This document shows positions 53,363-64,000 of a stretch of 64,000 nucleotides of DNA, piece after piece. The translations under genes were made by a program, and so were the position numbers. Origin of the DNA: an uncultured delta proteobacterium (GTDB lineage: Bacteria; Desulfobacterota; Desulfuromonadia; Desulfuromonadales; BM103). Numbering within the stretch: the stretch's first letter is position 1; each line of letters starts with the position of its first letter. The notes below the pieces were generated by a model that searched no databases, was not told the origin of the DNA, and was given only the letters and a program-made list of their open reading frames with translations. The stretch is taken from the NCBI GenBank assembly GCA_963715335.1, contig CAVQRZ010000009.1, forward strand, positions 64,001 to 128,000. The letters are read 5' to 3'.

Positions 53363-53905
53363 ATGGAAGAACCCGTGACGGCCAAGGCCATTTTTGCCGG
53401 CGGCTGCTTCTGGTGCATGGAGCCGCCCTTTGAAAAACTTGACGGCGTACACGCCGTGGTCTCCGGCTACATCGCCGGCCACAAGGAGAATCCAACCTAC
53501 CAGGAAGTTTCGTCCGGGACGACCGGACATACCGAGGCCGTCGAAATCAGCTATGACCCGGCCAAAGTCAGCTTCGCAGAATTGCTCGACGTCTTCTGGA
53601 TGAACGTCGACCCGACCGACGCCGGCGGCCAGTTTGTCGACCGTGGCAGCCAGTACCGTACCGGCATCTACTATCTCGACGACGAGCAGAGGCAGCTGGC
53701 CGAAGCATCAAAGGACCGGCTTGACAAGTCAGGCCGCTTCGACCGGCCGGTGGTGACCGAGATCGTTGCCGCAACCAGATTCTACCCGGCCGAAGCTTAC
53801 CACCAGGATTACTACAAGGAGAGCCCGATCCGTTACAAGTCCTACCGTTACAATTCGGGCCGTGACCAGTTTATCGACCGGGTCTGGGGGAAGGACGAGA
53901 CATAA
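53363..53905 (+). CDS. msrA: peptide methionine (S)-sulfoxide reductase; likely extends upstream to a frameshifted signal peptide
   Basis: [38 protein letters not shown]. Confidence 0.95.
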   Translation: MEEPVTAKAIFAGGCFWCMEPPFEKLDGVHAVVSGYIAGHKENPTYQEVSSGTTGHTEAVEISYDPAKVSFAELLDVFWMNVDPTDAGGQFVDRGSQYRTGIYYLDDEQRQLAEASKDRLDKSGRFDRPVVTEIVAATRFYPAEAYHQDYYKESPIRYKSYRYNSGRDQFIDRVWGKDET

Positions 53906-54054
53906 ACGAACCTATTCCTCAAGGCAGCCAAACACGCTCCGGCACTTGAATATGCCGGGGCTCCAGGCTGCTGACAAAGTTCAGCCTGACTTCATTATAG
54001 AGAGGGCAACAGAGAGATAATCTGTTGCCCTTTTCCATTGGACTTTGGAATTCA

Positions 54055-54484
54055 AAGACAAAAGCAAACCCCGGGGGTTGCGCCCCCCGACTGCGCCTTA
54101 CTCTTTTATTGGCCTAAAAGAGTAAGCAGAAAAGGGCCTGCGCTGCGCTGGGCATGTCTGGCGCGGCAGGGCGGCAACCTCAATCCGGATCGTTTTAAAC
54201 GATCAGGAGTCTACGCTTCCCCCGCAGGAATCGAGGCTCTTGAGAGCCTCTCCATTCGTGGAGAGTTGCATCGGTTGTGATGTTTTTACGCTTTTCCCTG
54301 GTAAATCACACGGCAAGGTCAGGCCCTTTGACACAGGGCCGGATTCCCATCACAGCAGGTTCTTGAAGTCACAGAAACCCGGCAGAGGAGATGCCCTCCG
54401 CAAGGAGCAGGCACTTTTGCATACTTTTGTTGCCGGACAAAAGTATGGCGTCCGGCGGGACGCGACCCGCCGGTTTTTGTCTTT
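54055..54484. repeat. ~430-bp hairpin-rich element, copy 3 (inverted)
   Basis: Reverse complement aligns along the whole of copy 1. Confidence 0.85.
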
Positions 54485-54620
54485 CAAGAAAAAGCACAAG
54501 GGATGCCCCGTTGCGGAAACCAAACATGCCCGCCTCACAGGTAAAACGGCATGACCGCAAGTCACAATATAGCCGCTTGCAGCGGGGCTGCCTACCTGGT
54601 GGCGAATTGGCCGGCTGTGA

Positions 54621-55022
54621 TTATGGCAGCGTCAGATCCGGAGTGCCGCTGCCAATCAGGTCAAGGGCCTGCTCTATTGCAAAGTAGACGAGAAATTTTG
54701 GCCCTTTTGAAGAGTCTTCTTCGGGCGTCAGGCAACGCCTGGTCAGCTGCTGAAGCAACGCGGCGTCCTGGTCCTCCCTGACTTTTTTCAGATGCAGCCG
54801 TATCCCCTTGTAGCCGCGCTCTGCGGCGATGAACAGGTAGCAGGCATAGGGATTCTTCTCCAGGTTTTTATGGGTAAGCCGGTCGCGCATGATAAAAGCA
54901 AGGGTCCCGTCAGCCATGACGTGCGGCCGGGCATAGATGGCGGCATTGACCTTGCCTTGACTGTCGGCACTTGAGAAAACCCCTGTGCCGCTCGCCTTTT
55001 CGAAATATTCTTTCAATTGCAT
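54621..55022 (-). CDS. pyridoxamine 5'-phosphate oxidase-like FMN-binding protein
   Basis: GVFSSADSQGKVNAAIYARPH, THKNLEKNPYACYLF; AAGGAG RBS. Confidence 0.75.
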   Translation of the reverse strand: MQLKEYFEKASGTGVFSSADSQGKVNAAIYARPHVMADGTLAFIMRDRLTHKNLEKNPYACYLFIAAERGYKGIRLHLKKVREDQDAALLQQLTRRCLTPEEDSSKGPKFLVYFAIEQALDLIGSGTPDLTLP

Positions 55023-55329
55023 GATTATTCTCCTTGGCAGGTTTTGTCTGCTCCTCTAAGGGTACCCGAAAAAACCCCTGGCACAATTCGGAGCCTGACG
55101 ATTTCCGCGCCTGAGAGGCCACTGGCCCTCCTCCCGCCCCCTGACAGACCATCCGCTGCCAAAACACCCAGGATCCCGGCACCGCTAGGGGCTGTAGCCT
55201 TTGTTGATATGGCGCACCGCGGAAGATCCGGGCTCCCGGACCGCTGCCCTCCTGTCAGCGGTTTTGCCACGTCTCACCTGTAGCGGGGAGAGGTGACACT
55301 CTAGAGTGTCACCGTTTCAGAAAGAAAAA

Positions 55330-55357
55330 GGGAGCCAGACAAATTGTCTGGCTCCCT
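55330..55357 (-). terminator. hairpin terminator beyond the att repeat
   Basis: GGGAGCCAGACA-aat-TGTCTGGCTCCC with A-run on the + strand (T-run on -). Confidence 0.7.
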
Positions 55358-55366
55358 AATCTGAAA

Positions 55367-55411
55367 TGGCGCGCCACGAGAGATTCGAACTCCCGGCCTT
55401 CTGATCCGTAG
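55367..55411 (-). repeat. att-like 45-bp copy of tRNA-Arg(ACG) 3' half
   Basis: Identical to 60179-60223 and 56118-56162; match ends in the anticodon loop. Confidence 0.95.
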
Positions 55412-55423
55412 AAAATGCGCAGG

Positions 55424-55927
55424 TTACCTCTTGAACGCTGAGAGCATCAATTCAAAGTCTTCTAAAAGGGCCTGCAGATCCTCTTCGTGTTCTACTTCTT
55501 GTTCGATAATCTGCAGAGCCATGTTGTAAGTTACCGGATCCTTATCCTTGGTCATGTCCATTAACCTCTTGTAGACACTGATGGCACACTGTTCACCAGC
55601 AATGTTCTGCTCCAGAAGTGTTTTCACAAAAGGGTCATCCGGCGGTTCGTACGCGCAGTTCGTCAGCTTGAACCAGTCGCGCGGATCGGTCACAGGATCA
55701 CCTCCCAACTGGATGATGCGGTTGGTCACCATCAGAGCATGATTAAGCTCCTCTGTTGCATGTAGTTCAAGTTCGGCAATAACCGCTTCCTTCATCGGCC
55801 CTTTAGCCACCTTTGCACCCGTCCAATACTGGTAGTATGCAAGCCATTCGTCGGCATAGGCCTTACGCAGCACTGAGATCAGTTCATCAACATCCAACCC
55901 GACTATTTCACGTCCCCTGCTTCCCAT
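55424..55927 (-). CDS. ferritin-like DPSL/bacterioferritin-related protein
   Basis: AYADEWLAYYQYW, EELNHA, EQCAI, EVEHEEDL; Cys pair; AGGAGG RBS. Confidence 0.88.
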   Translation of the reverse strand: MGSRGREIVGLDVDELISVLRKAYADEWLAYYQYWTGAKVAKGPMKEAVIAELELHATEELNHALMVTNRIIQLGGDPVTDPRDWFKLTNCAYEPPDDPFVKTLLEQNIAGEQCAISVYKRLMDMTKDKDPVTYNMALQIIEQEVEHEEDLQALLEDFELMLSAFKR

Positions 55928-56072
55928 AAATACCTCCTGATTTATTGATGATTGTCTACATCAGTCAGTAAACATACTACATTGTTTGTTTTGAGTTTCC
56001 AGTAACGTCAGGCATTTCGGATAAACCTTGTTGCCTAATAAACAGGTAGGTCGCAGTTCTGTAGAAAATTAA

Positions 56073-56114
56073 AACAAAGGCCTCAACACCGATGAAGTGT
56101 TGAGGCCTTTGTTT
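56073..56114 (-). terminator. hairpin terminator beyond the middle att repeat
   Basis: AAACAAAGGCCTCAACAC...GTGTTGAGGCCTTTGTTT. Confidence 0.75.
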
Positions 56115-56117
56115 TTA

Positions 56118-56162
56118 TGGCGCGCCACGAGAGATTCGAACTCCCGGCCTTCTGATCCGTAG
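56118..56162 (-). repeat. att-like 45-bp copy of tRNA-Arg(ACG) 3' half
   Basis: Identical to 60179-60223. Confidence 0.95.
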
Positions 56163-56462
56163 GCAGCTGGCTCTTTGGCGCAACGGGAGCCCTAACCTAA
56201 TGAAATACAGTGTTTTTTCTTTTGGTTTTGCTCAACATCCTTTTAGCTCAAAATCGAGCGTAAAATGGGCTAAAAGCCCATAAAACCTGAAGAGTACAGC
56301 GCAACACAGGTGAAACATTTACCACCATGGGACCACCCAAAACAATGGCTTTAACCAAGCGCGACAATCTTCATTGGCCGCTGCCAAGTTCAGCCTTCTC
56401 GCAAGAGACAGGATGTTTACACCATACTTTTAGTCCTTTTTCATATCTGATATATTGCGCCT

Positions 56463-58871
56463 ATGGAAGAGAATGACAAAGCTGCTATGGGGGAGACTCC
56501 CTCGCATGAGACCGCAGATCAATACCAAAAATTACAGGAAGAGAACTCCCGTCTTAAAGCATTGCTGAAACAGCATGGAATCTCGTGGGATGAAGAACAA
56601 ATTAATGCTTCCCGTGTGCCATTGACAAACGACCTGCCGGTATACCTTTCTACCGATCAAAAAGTTACACTTTTCCGACGTCTTTTTCGCGGGCGAGTGG
56701 ACATTTATCCAACACGCTGGAAATCAGCAAAAGGGAGGTCCGGTTACTCCCCTGCCTGTGGCAATGAATGGAAGACAGGTCTGTGTAATAAACCAAAAAT
56801 AAAATGTGCTGATTGCAACTATCGTCTCTTTCTTCCAGTCACAGATCAGGTTATTTACGACCATTTGTCAGGCAAGAATATCGTCGGAGTCTACCCGCTT
56901 CTTGAGGATGACACTTGCTATTTTCTTGCTGTTGATTTCGATAAATCCGAATGGAAAGAAGACTCCAAGTCTTTTATACAATCGTGCATTGAACTAGATA
57001 TCCCTGCAGCATTGGAGATCTCACGTTCTGGAAAAGGTGCTCATGTTTGGGTCTTCTTCTCCCATTCTGTGCCTGCCCGTGAGGCCAGGCAGTTGGGTGC
57101 TGCACTGATCAGCTATACCTGTGATAAAACCCGCCAACTTTCCCTTGCCAGCTACGACCGGTTCTTCCCGAATCAAGATATTATGCCCAAGGGTGGCTTC
57201 GGCAACTTGATTGCTCTGCCATTGCAGAAACAACCCCGTGAAAACGGCTGTAGCGTCTTTGTTGACCACGACCTAACCCCATACTCAGACCAATGGCAAT
57301 ACCTGTTGTCACTGAAGCCAATGGCCCCGTCTGAACTTGAGGGTGCGCTGCTCCGTGCATGTGATGGCAAGCATCCCCTTGATGTGGCTTTTCTGTCTGA
57401 AGAAAATGATTACAAGCCGTGGCAAAGGCCGTTAGCTGCTCAGAACCAAATTTCCGGGTCGCTCCCAGAGGAATTAAACCTGGTCGTAGCCAATCAGGTT
57501 TTCATTGCAAAAAATGATCTCCCCCAAACCTTGGCAAATCGACTGATTCGCATAGCGGCGTTTCAGAATCCTGAGTTCTACAAGGCTCAAGCAATGCGCT
57601 TGCCCGTTTGGGATAAGCCACGCATCATCGGATGCGCTGAAAACTTCCCACATCATATCGGTCTGCCAAGTGGTTGTCTGGAACCTGTGCTTGAATTGTT
57701 GGCGCAGAATAACGTCCGGGCGGTAATTCAGAATGAGCAAGTATCAGGCAAGAAGATTACAACCAAGTTTACCGGTCAGTTGCGTAACGACCAAAAGACT
57801 TCAGTCAGAAATATGATGAAGCACAACATGGGTGTGCTTTGCGCCCCAACAGCTTTTGGAAAGACTGTTACGGCTGCCGCGATGATTGCACGCCGTAAGG
57901 TGAGTACCTTGATTTTAGTTCATCGAACGGAACTTCTGACTCAATGGAAGGAAAGAATGGCGACATTCCTTGATCTTCCCAAGGGGCTACCTGGTGCCCT
58001 TGGAGGGGGCAAAAACAAACTCTCTGGGGAAATTGATATTGCCGTTATGCAGTCACTATCTAAGCGGGAAGATATACATGAGATTCTTGATTCTTATGGC
58101 CAAATCATTATCGATGAATGTCATCATATCTCAGCTTTTTCTTTTGAGACGATCCTTAAGCAGGCAAAAGCCAAATTTATTCTTGGCCTGACAGCAACAC
58201 CCGTAAGACGTGATGGTCATCATCCCATAATTTTCATGCAATGCGGTCCCATTAGGCACACTGCTGCCCAACCAAAGAACCTGCCAACGGAACTTAAGGT
58301 ATGGCCACAATATGTTCCTGCACCGAGTTGTCCACATGATGCAGAAATCCAGGAGGTCTTTAAAGCACTTGTCAACGATGTTAAGCGAACAGAGAAAATT
58401 GCCAGTGATATTGTCAATGCGTATCAAGAAGGAAGAAAAGTCTTGGTTCTGACCGAGCGAACTGAACATTTGAGCCTGCTGCAGACTTGTTTGGCTGAAG
58501 CTGTCCCAACCTGCTATGTTCTTCATGGTCGTCTGTCAAAAAAACAGCGGGCAGCAACATTCGACTCACTTAGCGAACTCGATGAAAAGGCCCCCAGAGT
58601 TCTTCTGGCAACAGGCCGTTTCATAGGTGAAGGCTTTGATCATCCACCTCTTGACACGTTGGTGCTCGCCATGCCCATTTCATGGAAAGGAACACTGCAG
58701 CAGTATGCTGGCCGGTTACACCGTGAGCATTCGGAGAAAAAGGACGTTCGAATCTATGACTACATTGAGCGCGACCAGCCAAAACTCGCTAGGATGTGGG
58801 ATAAACGTGAACGAGGTTATCGTGCAATGGGGTACAAGGTTTGCTCACAGCAAATTAAGTCTGACGGTTGA
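56463..58871 (+). CDS. AEP/primase-like (TOTE-type) domain + SF2 DEAD/DEAH helicase
   Basis: FLAVDFD, SRSGKGAHVW, GNLIALPLQ; APTAFGKT, DECHH, LTATP, QYAGRLHR. Confidence 0.85.
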   Translation: MEENDKAAMGETPSHETADQYQKLQEENSRLKALLKQHGISWDEEQINASRVPLTNDLPVYLSTDQKVTLFRRLFRGRVDIYPTRWKSAKGRSGYSPACGNEWKTGLCNKPKIKCADCNYRLFLPVTDQVIYDHLSGKNIVGVYPLLEDDTCYFLAVDFDKSEWKEDSKSFIQSCIELDIPAALEISRSGKGAHVWVFFSHSVPAREARQLGAALISYTCDKTRQLSLASYDRFFPNQDIMPKGGFGNLIALPLQKQPRENGCSVFVDHDLTPYSDQWQYLLSLKPMAPSELEGALLRACDGKHPLDVAFLSEENDYKPWQRPLAAQNQISGSLPEELNLVVANQVFIAKNDLPQTLANRLIRIAAFQNPEFYKAQAMRLPVWDKPRIIGCAENFPHHIGLPSGCLEPVLELLAQNNVRAVIQNEQVSGKKITTKFTGQLRNDQKTSVRNMMKHNMGVLCAPTAFGKTVTAAAMIARRKVSTLILVHRTELLTQWKERMATFLDLPKGLPGALGGGKNKLSGEIDIAVMQSLSKREDIHEILDSYGQIIIDECHHISAFSFETILKQAKAKFILGLTATPVRRDGHHPIIFMQCGPIRHTAAQPKNLPTELKVWPQYVPAPSCPHDAEIQEVFKALVNDVKRTEKIASDIVNAYQEGRKVLVLTERTEHLSLLQTCLAEAVPTCYVLHGRLSKKQRAATFDSLSELDEKAPRVLLATGRFIGEGFDHPPLDTLVLAMPISWKGTLQQYAGRLHREHSEKKDVRIYDYIERDQPKLARMWDKRERGYRAMGYKVCSQQIKSDG

Positions 58872-58994
58872 TTTTTGAGACAGGTCGAACTTTGACGTTT
58901 CAGGTCAATAAACGTATATTACCGAGTGTGACAGTTGCTTGGTCACGACACGCTGCTCGCAACTGACTATTTTGCAGATAAAAGAAAAGACCTA

Positions 58995-59969
58995 ATGAGT
59001 GATATTGTTATTTATCAGGCTGATGACGGACATCCGGGACTACAAGTCCAGTTGGACCAAGAAACGGTCTGGTTGACCCAGAAACAGATGGCTGAGCTGT
59101 TTGACAAAGACATTAGAACGGTCAATGAACATCTGAAAAATATTTTTAAAGAGGATGAGTTGGAGGAGGATTCAGTTGTCCGGAAATTCCGGATAACTGC
59201 CGCTGATGGGAAATCCTATAATGTGGGCCACTACAATCTCGATGTCATTATCTCCGTAGGGTATCGAGTAAAGTCTGTTCAGGGGACCCGTTTTCGTCAG
59301 TGGGCCACCCATACCCTCCGCAGTCACATTGTCGAAGGCTATACAGTCAACCAGCAACGCTTGGAAGAACAGGCTCAAAAATTTGTTGAGCTGCAAAAAG
59401 TGGTTGATCTCTTTTCCCGCACCCTGGATCAGCAGCAACTGATCAGCGATACTGGACGAGATGTGTTACAGGTCATCACCGACTACTCCTACGCCCTGGA
59501 CACTCTCGACCGTTTTGACCACGGAAGCTTGTCTGTAGAGGCAACCAGTGGTCCTGCAAGTTTCGTACTGCAATATAATGAGGCAATTTCAATCGTTCAG
59601 TCTATGAAAAAAGATTTCGATGGGCTCTTCGGTCAAGAAAAGGACCAAGGTTTCAAGAGCGCTCTCGGCGCCATCTCTCAGACCTTTGATGGCAAGGATG
59701 TCTATGTTAGCATTGAGGAGAAAGCCGCCCATCTACTTTACTTCATCGTCAAGAACCACGCTTTTACCGATGGAAACAAGCGCATTGCCGCTGCTGTTTT
59801 TATCTATTTTTTGGCGCGGAACGGAATCCTCTACCGTCCCGACGGAAGCAAGCGTCTGGCCGACAATGCCCTGGTGGCGCTCACATTACTGATTGCCGAA
59901 AGTCGACCGGAAGAGAAGGACACCATCATTAAGGTTATTGTTAATCTAATTAACCAAAGCAACGATTGA
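58995..59969 (+). CDS. RhuM + Fic/DOC family protein
   Basis: VWLTQKQMAELF, YNLDVIISVGYRV, FRQWA; HAFTDGNKR Fic motif. Confidence 0.9.
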   Translation: MSDIVIYQADDGHPGLQVQLDQETVWLTQKQMAELFDKDIRTVNEHLKNIFKEDELEEDSVVRKFRITAADGKSYNVGHYNLDVIISVGYRVKSVQGTRFRQWATHTLRSHIVEGYTVNQQRLEEQAQKFVELQKVVDLFSRTLDQQQLISDTGRDVLQVITDYSYALDTLDRFDHGSLSVEATSGPASFVLQYNEAISIVQSMKKDFDGLFGQEKDQGFKSALGAISQTFDGKDVYVSIEEKAAHLLYFIVKNHAFTDGNKRIAAAVFIYFLARNGILYRPDGSKRLADNALVALTLLIAESRPEEKDTIIKVIVNLINQSND

Positions 59970-60178
59970 CAAGAGTGAGTGCCAGTCGCACGGTCCTGAC
60001 AGATCTCTTTTCAAGTCAAGCCATCACATCACCATCCTGTTTCGCAAGTCTGCAAACTTCCTATAAACCTAGCCCCTACGACGAACCACTAAAATAGTCA
60101 CCGGAACCTCCACAGACCACACAGCACTAAAATTAAAAAATGACTTAGCCTTATAATGGGCTAAGTCATTGATTTAAT

Positions 60179-60255
<77 letters not shown>

Positions 60256-60321
60256 AAAGGAACGAGGTTTATCGCTTAATGGTAACCGAATGTCAAGCCT
60301 TTTCAAGCCGGACGGTTAAAC

Positions 60322-60457
60322 TGGCGGAGAGGGGGGGATTCGCCCACTCCCTCGCCAACTCGCGTTGGCTCCTGCGTAGGCTCCCCTACACTCACTGCCG
60401 CGAACCTCTCGGTTCGCTCTTCTGTCACTGGCAGCGTTCGCTCCGCTTCGAATCCCC
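60322..60457 (-). repeat. tRNA-linked structured element ending in a duplicate of the tRNA-Ser(GCT) 3' end
   Basis: 21-bp copy of the tRNA 3' end plus ~110-bp core shared with 60637-60771. Confidence 0.8.
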
Positions 60458-60481
60458 GGAAGCGTTACAAGTAAGTTAAAC

Positions 60482-60571
<90 letters not shown>

Positions 60572-60636
60572 GCTAACCACAAGTTTCGCGGACGCACAGT
60601 GTAGTGCCGTCGTCCGCAATTTTCAATCCTTAAATT

Positions 60637-60771
60637 TGGCGGAGGAGGTAGGATTCGCCCACTACGTCACCAGCTTCGCTGGTTCCTGCGTCGGCTCCCC
60701 TACGCTCACTGCCGCGGACGTGCCGTCCGCTCTTCTGCCACTGGCAGCGTTCGCTCCGCTTCGAATCCTAC
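60637..60771 (-). repeat. tRNA-linked structured element ending in a duplicate of the tRNA-Ser(TGA) 3' end
   Basis: 21-bp copy of the tRNA 3' end plus shared core. Confidence 0.8.
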
Positions 60772-60797
60772 AGAATCCTGCGAAGCAAACTTGAATT

Positions 60798-60883
60798 TGG
60801 CGGAGGAGGTAGGATTCGAACCCACGGAACTTTCGTTCAACGGTTTTCAAGACCGCCGCCTTAAGCCACTCGGCCACTCCTCC
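60798..60883 (-). tRNA. tRNA-Ser(TGA)
   Basis: GCGGT-CT-TGA-AA-ACCGT, variable arm, CCA. Confidence 0.96.
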
Positions 60884-60918
60884 GTGCTGATACCTTTTAT
60901 ACGAAGCGGCGCTCCGTA

Positions 60919-62187
60919 TCAACCGATTTTTTCCAAACCGCCCATATAGGGGCGCAAAACCGCCGGGACGACGACCGATCCGTCTTCCTGCTGGTAGTTT
61001 TCCAGAACCGCCACCAGGGTGCGACCGACAGCCAGCCCCGAACCGTTCAGGGTGTGCACGAACTCCGGTTTGCTGCCCGCCTCGCGGCGGAAGCGGATGC
61101 CGGCGCGGCGCGCCTGGAAGTCGCGGAAATTCGAGCAGGACGAAATCTCGCGGTAGGCCTGCTGGCCCGGCAGCCAGACTTCGATATCGAAAGTCCGGGC
61201 GGCGGAGAAGCCGATGTCGGCGGTACACAGATCGACCACCCGGTAGGGCAGCTCGAGCGCCTGCAGGATCCCTTCGGCATCGGCAAGCAGTCTGGCCAGT
61301 TCGGCGTCGGAGTCTTCCGGCCGGGTGAACTTGACCAGTTCAACCTTGTTGAACTGGTGCTGGCGGATCAGACCCCGCGTATCGCGGCCGTGCGCACCGG
61401 CCTCCTTGCGGAAGCAGGGTGTGTACGCTGCAAAACAGATCGGCAGCAGGGCGCCGTCAAGGATCTCTTCGCGAAAGACGTTGGTCACCGGCACTTCGGC
61501 GGTCGGAATCAGGAAGTAATCGGGGTCGTCAAGGTGGAAGAGATCTGACTCGAATTTCGGCAGCTGGCCGGTGCCGGTCATGGCATCGCGGTTAACCATG
61601 AAGGGCGGCAGCATCTCGGTATACCTGTCGCCAGCGGTATGGGTGTCGAGCATGAAATTGATCAGGGCGCGCTCGAGCCGGGCACCGGCGCCCTTGGAGA
61701 GGGCGAAGCGGGCACCGGTAATCTTGGTCGCACGTTCGAAATCGATAATGTCCAGATCCTCGCCGATATCCCAATGGGCCTTCGGTTCGAAACTGAACTC
61801 GCGTGGCGTCCCCCAGCGGCTGCGCTCCGGGTTGTCCTCTTCCGAAGCGCCGATCGGGCATTCCGGATCGGGCAGGTTCGGCAGGGTCAACAGCAGGCCG
61901 TTGAGGTTGTCTTCAACCTGGCGCAGCGCCTCGTCAAGCTCCTTGATCGCCGCCGAGACCTCCTTCATCCGGGCAATCTCGCCCTGGACCTGGCCCTTGT
62001 CTTTAGTCTTGCCGATCAGCGCAGAGACCTGGTTGCGTTCGGCCTTGAGGGTTTCCGCTTCGCCGAGCAATTCACGGCGGCGCCCGTCGAGTTGACGAAA
62101 GCTGCCGAGATCGACGACTCCACCACGGGTGGTCAGGCGATGTTCGATATCGTGCAGATTGTCGCGCAGAAATTTGAGATCGAGCAT
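60919..62187 (-). CDS. serS: serine--tRNA ligase
   Basis: [55 protein letters not shown]. Confidence 0.98.
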   Translation of the reverse strand: MLDLKFLRDNLHDIEHRLTTRGGVVDLGSFRQLDGRRRELLGEAETLKAERNQVSALIGKTKDKGQVQGEIARMKEVSAAIKELDEALRQVEDNLNGLLLTLPNLPDPECPIGASEEDNPERSRWGTPREFSFEPKAHWDIGEDLDIIDFERATKITGARFALSKGAGARLERALINFMLDTHTAGDRYTEMLPPFMVNRDAMTGTGQLPKFESDLFHLDDPDYFLIPTAEVPVTNVFREEILDGALLPICFAAYTPCFRKEAGAHGRDTRGLIRQHQFNKVELVKFTRPEDSDAELARLLADAEGILQALELPYRVVDLCTADIGFSAARTFDIEVWLPGQQAYREISSCSNFRDFQARRAGIRFRREAGSKPEFVHTLNGSGLAVGRTLVAVLENYQQEDGSVVVPAVLRPYMGGLEKIG

Positions 62188-62322
62188 TGGAATTGCTCCG
62201 CAATTCAGATAAGCGTTGAAGGTGAAAAGTAAAAGGGAACCGCTGTACAGCATTCCCGAGTCAAGAGAGGGAGTTCTAACACCTCTTGTTGGTCGCGTCA
62301 AGCCTCCGCCAGCCCCCAGCCC

Positions 62323-62895
62323 CTAGCCCCCGCCTTTAACCCACCAGTCGATATCGTCATCGAACCACCAGCGCGTCGAATCGGTTTCCCAGATCGTTTC
62401 TGCCAGGGTCCTCGCGTTCTCGGTCTGCAGCCGTTTAACGGTGGCCGGATACCATTCATCGGCGTAGCGATTGCCGAGGTCCTTATACTCCTTGAGCGCC
62501 AGGATCATCTCCAACTGGTCTGCGTCGTGGGCCAGGCACGCTTCACGGGTCAGGTTCGCCGCGAATTCTTCATGCAGGCTGCGGTAGTCGTCGCCGAAGG
62601 GCAGGGTGCGGGCCAGGTCCTCGACGGCCTTGCGTTCATCAACCTTGACGTACTTCTTGTTGACATAGTTGAGATCGCCGGTGCGCGCTTCGGGAATATC
62701 ATGGAACAGGCAGAGCAATACCACCCGGCCGGCATCGGCTTCGGCATCAAGCTGGGCCAAGGTGTAGCCGATCAGGCTGGTGCGAAAGATATGCTCGGCA
62801 ACCGATTCGGCACCGGAACCGAGGAACTGGAAACCGGTGCGTGGCGTACGCTTGAGCATGCCTGCTTCGAAGAGAAAGTTGGCGATGTTTTTCAT
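62323..62895 (-). CDS. HD-domain hydrolase (YfbR/HDDC2-like)
   Basis: LKRTPRTG, ESVAEH, LFHDIPEARTGD, DADQLE. Confidence 0.9.
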   Translation of the reverse strand: MKNIANFLFEAGMLKRTPRTGFQFLGSGAESVAEHIFRTSLIGYTLAQLDAEADAGRVVLLCLFHDIPEARTGDLNYVNKKYVKVDERKAVEDLARTLPFGDDYRSLHEEFAANLTREACLAHDADQLEMILALKEYKDLGNRYADEWYPATVKRLQTENARTLAETIWETDSTRWWFDDDIDWWVKGGG

Positions 62896-63064
62896 AGCAT
62901 GTCCATGGTTCGGGAGGATGGGTACAGGTAAGTTTTAACGCAAAGGCGCAGAGGACGCAAAGAAATATCGGGACGAGCAAGGCTGGCGACAAACCAAAGC
63001 ATGTCAATCGACTTTTACTTTTGATTTTCCGCGTTCCTCGTACCGCGTACCGCGTCCCTGGCTT

Positions 63065-63934
63065 TTAACCAAGTCTTATCAGCGCCGCCCCGCAGACAAT
63101 CAGAACGGCTGCGGTGAAGCGAATCCGACCGGAGGTCTCGCCGAGGAACAGTACGCCGATCAGGACACCGATCAGCAGGCTGACCTGACGCACCGGCACC
63201 GCGTAGCTCATCGGCGCCAGCTGCAGACCGTAACGGAAACTGAGGAAAGACGCCATGATCACCGGCCCCGCAGCGAGCACCAGGAACCGGTGGCTGCGGT
63301 ACTCGGCCATGATCCGCCCGCGGTACTTGGGCCGCATGATATTTATGGTCATGAACTGCAGCATGAAAAAAATCAGCAGGAAGGTGAAATGGAAGGGCGG
63401 GTAGAGCATCACGCCGGTCTTGTCGATAACCGCGCCGATCGAGTAGATGAAGCCCGCAGCGAGGGCAGCCAGTACGGCCGGGTCACGCAAACTGCGAAAC
63501 GGCCGGACGACTTCGCTCCAGGCCAACGCCTTGAGCTGGATCGAGTAGGCGCCGAACAGGATCAAAAGAATCCCCGCGATGCCGAGCCCGGAAACCTTTT
63601 CGCCGAGCAACAGGATGCCCCAGATCGGCGCCCAGAACATCGCCGTCTGCGCCAGCGGATAAATGATCGAAAGGTCGCCGTCACGATAGGCGCGGCCGGA
63701 GAAGAGGTGATAGAGCATGAAGCAGAGCGCCCCGACCGCGGCGAGGCCGATGACGCGCCAGGAAAGGGCAGGGAACGGCCCGACCAGCGGTAGCGCCAGG
63801 GTCATCAGGCCGCATGAAGAGGCAAACATCCACCAGATGAAGACGGTCTTGTCCCCGCTGCGTTTGACCAGCAGATTCCAGATAGCGTGCATCAGCGCGG
63901 AAAACAGAATTAATGTGAAAGCGTATGACGACAT
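63065..63934 (-). CDS. EamA/DMT family transporter
   Basis: SALMHAIWNLLVK, GDLSIIYP, VLFLGE; ~10 TMs. Confidence 0.88.
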   Translation of the reverse strand: MSSYAFTLILFSALMHAIWNLLVKRSGDKTVFIWWMFASSCGLMTLALPLVGPFPALSWRVIGLAAVGALCFMLYHLFSGRAYRDGDLSIIYPLAQTAMFWAPIWGILLLGEKVSGLGIAGILLILFGAYSIQLKALAWSEVVRPFRSLRDPAVLAALAAGFIYSIGAVIDKTGVMLYPPFHFTFLLIFFMLQFMTINIMRPKYRGRIMAEYRSHRFLVLAAGPVIMASFLSFRYGLQLAPMSYAVPVRQVSLLIGVLIGVLFLGETSGRIRFTAAVLIVCGAALIRLG

Positions 63935-64000
63935 GAGGGAGCCATCATAGCGGAGACAAAACTTTAGCGAAACTAAAATTATTTCGAGAGCCTAAACATG

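Noticed and set aside
55025..55315. Possible riboswitch, and palindrome GTGACACTCTAGAGTGTCAC
   Set aside because: No recognisable riboswitch consensus; the single palindrome cannot be assigned a function

Overview
GC-rich bacterial chromosome segment, probably Desulfuromonadales-like Deltaproteobacteria (inferred from gene content only). Main content in order: (1) a partial ABC exporter and a flavodoxin; (2) a ~3.5-17.3 kb minus-strand, lower-GC putative anti-phage island (SBD-HNH nuclease, HIT, NUDIX, DUF2075 helicase, a frameshifted exonuclease-RecQ-UvrD fusion, a PD-(D/E)XK-like nuclease, a RAYT transposase, MazG-like, hipBA), whose left-half gene junctions carry co-oriented GGGGACACTT..AAGTGTCCCC palindromes; (3) two methionine-sulfoxide-reductase loci that share a 4x11-bp CTTTAC promoter architecture, one next to an OmpR-type two-component system; (4) liv, purine-nucleoside and Mla ABC operons; (5) two unannotated tandem 48-aa membrane peptides; (6) a UGA-recoded (selenocysteine) peroxiredoxin; (7) three copies of a ~440-bp hairpin-rich noncoding element; (8) two integrase-less cassettes flanked by 45-bp tRNA-Arg att repeats; (9) tRNA-Ser genes each followed by a structured duplicate of their own 3' end, then serS, an HD protein and EamA. 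Many genes carry apparent +1 frameshifts, which may be assembly errors. All protein calls rest on motif recognition; no database search was run.
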